A DNA stretch of 64,000 nucleotides from assembly GCA_902595745.1 (NCBI GenBank), contig CACJRE010000001.1, positions 1,281 through 65,280 of the forward strand, written 5' to 3'. This stretch comes from an uncultured Pelagibacteraceae bacterium. Its GTDB lineage: Bacteria > Pseudomonadota > Alphaproteobacteria > Pelagibacterales > Pelagibacteraceae. The notes under the pieces are model-generated. The model was not told where the DNA came from, did not search any database, and worked only from the letters and a program-made list of their open reading frames with translations. Both the position numbers and the translations under genes were made by a program. Below are positions 61,171 through 64,000 of this stretch, one piece after another. Positions within the stretch are counted from its first letter, which is position 1. Every line of letters begins with the position of its first letter.

Positions 61171-62628
61171 ATGACTATCCAAATTAATTATAAGAACAGC
61201 AGTATTAAAAAAGTTTCATCAAATCTCATCTTATTTGTTGATGATAAATTCAATATCAGTGGACTAAAAAAATATGTTTCAAATTCTGAATTTTTATACA
61301 TTTCAGATTTATTAAAAAACAGTGACTTTAAAAAGGACTTACTAGTATTTGAAATTAACTCAAAAAAAACAATATTTTTAGTGTCTATTAAAAAAGATAT
61401 AAAAGCTTCTGATGTAGAGAATTTAGGTGCTAAATTTCATGGCTATATAAATTATGATAAGAAAAGTGATTATTTTGTAAATTCAGATACTGTAGATAGC
61501 AAAATAAAAAACTTTTTAGGATATTTTTTGCATGGAATAAAATTAAAGTCCTATGAATTTAATATCTACAAATCCAAAAAAAATAAAAAACTAATTAATA
61601 TAAATGTTATTGGAAACAAAAACAAAATATCTCAACAAGACCAACTAAGATTTAAAGCTTTAGAAGAAGGAACTTTTTTTGCAAGAGATCTTGTCTCTGA
61701 ACCAGGTAATATTTTACATCCAGATGAATATGCAAAAAGAATAAAATCACTTAAAAAATTTGGATTGAAAATCAACATATACGATGAAAAAAAACTAAAA
61801 AAACTAGGAATGAATGCTTTGCTTGGCGTTGGACAAGGTAGTATTAGAGGATCATATCTTGTGACAATGGAATGGAAGGGTGCAAAAAATAATTCTAACC
61901 CTCTAGCATTTATAGGAAAAGGTGTTTGTTTTGATACCGGTGGTATTTCACTTAAACCAGCTAAGTTCATGGAAGATATGACTTATGATATGGCAGGTTC
62001 TGCTACTGTTGTTGGTTTAATGAAAAACTTGGCTATGCGAAAGGCAAAAATTAATGCTGTTGGTGTTGTAGGACTTGTAGAAAATATGCCGGGAGGAAAT
62101 GCTCAAAGACCTGGGGATATCGTTAAATCGTATAGTGGTAAAACAATTGAAATATTAAACACTGATGCAGAAGGTCGATTAGTTTTAGCAGACGCTATTA
62201 CATTTACTGAAAAAAAATTCAAACCAAAATTTATGATTGATCTAGCAACTCTTACAGGAGCGATTATAGTTTCACTTGGATCAGAATATGCTGGTCTTTT
62301 TTCAAACGATGACAAACTTTCTAACCAATTGCTTGAAGCAGGAAAAAAAGTTGATGAAAAATTATGGAGAATGCCTCTTCACAAAAATTTTGATAAATTA
62401 ATTGATTCTAAAAATGCTGACATGCAAAATATTAATTATGTTGGTGGGGCAGGATCAACTACTGCGGCACAGTTTTTACAAAGATTTGTTTTAAACAAAA
62501 CACCTTGGGCGCACTTAGATATAGCTGGTATGGCTTTTTCAAAATATGGTGGTGCACTTAATTCAGGTGGTGCAACAGGCTATGGTGTAAGATTATTAAA
62601 TAAACTAATAGAGGATGATTATGAGTAA
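61171..62628 (+). CDS. pepA: Leucyl aminopeptidase (M17)
   Basis: GKGVCFDTGG, DMAG, NTDAEGRL and ATLTGA motifs. Confidence 0.96.
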   Translation: MTIQINYKNSSIKKVSSNLILFVDDKFNISGLKKYVSNSEFLYISDLLKNSDFKKDLLVFEINSKKTIFLVSIKKDIKASDVENLGAKFHGYINYDKKSDYFVNSDTVDSKIKNFLGYFLHGIKLKSYEFNIYKSKKNKKLININVIGNKNKISQQDQLRFKALEEGTFFARDLVSEPGNILHPDEYAKRIKSLKKFGLKINIYDEKKLKKLGMNALLGVGQGSIRGSYLVTMEWKGAKNNSNPLAFIGKGVCFDTGGISLKPAKFMEDMTYDMAGSATVVGLMKNLAMRKAKINAVGVVGLVENMPGGNAQRPGDIVKSYSGKTIEILNTDAEGRLVLADAITFTEKKFKPKFMIDLATLTGAIIVSLGSEYAGLFSNDDKLSNQLLEAGKKVDEKLWRMPLHKNFDKLIDSKNADMQNINYVGGAGSTTAAQFLQRFVLNKTPWAHLDIAGMAFSKYGGALNSGGATGYGVRLLNKLIEDDYE

Positions 62629-63031
62629 TACTGAGCAAACATTATCAATTATTAAACCAGATGCTGTTGAGAGAAATTTAGATAATGAAATAAAAGAAAT
62701 GTTTAGAAACAATGGTTTTTCAATCGTTAAAGAAAAAAAAATTCAAATTGAAAAATCAGAGGCTGAAAAATTTTACAAGGTTCATGAAACAAAACCATTT
62801 TATAACGATCTTTGTGCATATCTATCATCTGGACCAATTGTTGTTATGATCCTTGAAAAAGAAAACGCAGTATCAGGTAATAGAGAATTGATGGGTGCTA
62901 CTAACCCTAATGATGCTGAGGAAGGCACCATAAGAAAAAAATATGGCATTTCCATTGATAAAAATTCTGTACATGGGTCAGATAGTGTTGAAAACGCAAA
63001 AATTGAAATAGACTTTTTCTTTAAAGACTAA
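62621..63031 (+). CDS. ndk: Nucleoside diphosphate kinase
   Basis: IIKPDAV, SGP, GATNP and NSVHGSD motifs. ATG at 62621 likely. Confidence 0.96.
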   Translation: MSNTEQTLSIIKPDAVERNLDNEIKEMFRNNGFSIVKEKKIQIEKSEAEKFYKVHETKPFYNDLCAYLSSGPIVVMILEKENAVSGNRELMGATNPNDAEEGTIRKKYGISIDKNSVHGSDSVENAKIEIDFFFKD

Positions 63032-63599
63032 GTATTTTCATAATAGCTGCTGGATAGAGTTTATGCTCTTCAATTAAAATTTTTTTTGCCAAGGTTTTAG
63101 AGTTGTCAAACTTGCTAATTTTAACTTTCTTTTGATTAATGATTTTACCAGAATCAAGTTTAGAATTTACAAAGTGAACAGTGCACCCAGAATATTTATC
63201 TTTATTTTTTATCGCTCTTTCGTGGGTATTTAATCCTTTATATTTTGGAAGAAGAGAAGGGTGAATATTTAGAATTTTTCCTTTAAAATTATTAATAAAA
63301 TTTTTAGATAAAATTTTCATAAAACCAGCCAGACAAATTAGATCAATATTATTTTTTTTTAATTCATTGATAACTTTTTTTTCAGATAAAGCATTTTTAA
63401 AATCAAATACTTTTTTTTTGATTTTATAAATTTTTGAATACCGTAAGCCTTTTGCTTTAGAATTATTAGAAATAATCATATTAATGATTATTGGTGATTT
63501 TTTATGTTTTGAAAATTTGATGAGAGATTTTAAATTACTGCCTGTTCCAGAAATAAATATTGCTGTTTTTACTTTTTTAGATCCAGTTGACAGAGCCAT
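63021..63599 (-). CDS. purN: Phosphoribosylglycinamide formyltransferase
   Basis: ISGTGSNL, LAGFMKIL, NIHPSLLP and GCTVH motifs. Confidence 0.96.
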   Translation of the reverse strand: MALSTGSKKVKTAIFISGTGSNLKSLIKFSKHKKSPIIINMIISNNSKAKGLRYSKIYKIKKKVFDFKNALSEKKVINELKKNNIDLICLAGFMKILSKNFINNFKGKILNIHPSLLPKYKGLNTHERAIKNKDKYSGCTVHFVNSKLDSGKIINQKKVKISKFDNSKTLAKKILIEEHKLYPAAIMKILSL

Positions 63600-64000
63600 T
63601 TAGTTTAACTTTATCTTTAAATTTTTTACTAATTTTTCCTATAACGTAGGGTTTGAAATTATTTGTAAAATATTTTTTTATTTGATTTAATTTTTTTGGA
63701 TTAATTATTAAGCAAAAACCAACACCACAATTAAAAGTTTTAAGCATTTCTTTATCAGATATACCATTATTATGAAGCCATTTGAAAATTTTTAATGTCT
63801 TTATTTGTTTTAGATTTATCTCAGCTGTTAAATTATCTGGGATTACTCTTTTAATGTTATCAGCTAAACCACCTCCAGTAATATTGGCACATCCATTAAT
63901 TAAATTTTTATCTATTAATTTTAAAACTTCTTTTACATAAATTTTAGTTGGTTTAATTAATTCTTTTTTTAAAAATTTATTTTTTTTAATATTTATTTTT
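63577..64000 (-). CDS. purM: AIR synthetase, 3' part (truncated at the window edge; not in the ORF track)
   Basis: Manual translation gives PTKIY...ITGGGLADNIKRVIP...EMLKTFNCGVGF...VNWI-stop; upstream of purN. Confidence 0.9.
   Translation of the reverse strand, partial: KINIKKNKFLKKELIKPTKIYVKEVLKLIDKNLINGCANITGGGLADNIKRVIPDNLTAEINLKQIKTLKIFKWLHNNGISDKEMLKTFNCGVGFCLIINPKKLNQIKKYFTNNFKPYVIGKISKKFKDKVKLNGSVNWI

Noticed and set aside
1409-62315. Numerous 60-157 aa ORFs antisense to or overlapping real genes (for example 25467-25796, 33689-34162, 46254-46607, 55500-55946, 61632-61970)
   Set aside because: Shadow frames of well-supported genes, with no recognisable motifs or independent start signals.

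Overview
Very AT-rich, densely packed alphaproteobacterial chromosome segment. Gene content, gene order and minimal intergenic spacing point to SAR11 / Ca. Pelagibacter (inferred, not searched). Left to right: a partial TerC-type gene; a Liv-type ABC transporter with a DUF1445 (D-glutamate cyclase-like) gene and 5-oxoprolinase pxpABC; a tandem glycine riboswitch ahead of gcvTHP; an FAD oxidoreductase-DUF1365-Cfa-like methyltransferase-DUF3833-SDR-TspO lipid-modification cluster resembling the furan fatty acid pathway; selO; an NAD-dependent formate dehydrogenase cluster with fdhD, mobA and moeA; creatinase, amidinotransferase and threonine aldolase; a small accessory patch at 34.2-36.6 kb; a BacNav-like channel; and a long core block (gshAB, purF, dnaB, r-proteins, fab, gmk, rsmA, pdxA, lptDGF, pepA, ndk, purN, purM). 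The most unusual structure is the accessory patch. Two unrelated genes sit there inside the same non-coding frame: a 63-bp repeat, a 12-bp-period direct-repeat motif and a 40-bp promoter module. This resembles exchangeable gene cassettes with no recombinase in the window. I found no rRNA, intact tRNA, CRISPR array, transposase or integrase. All product calls come from motif recognition by eye.
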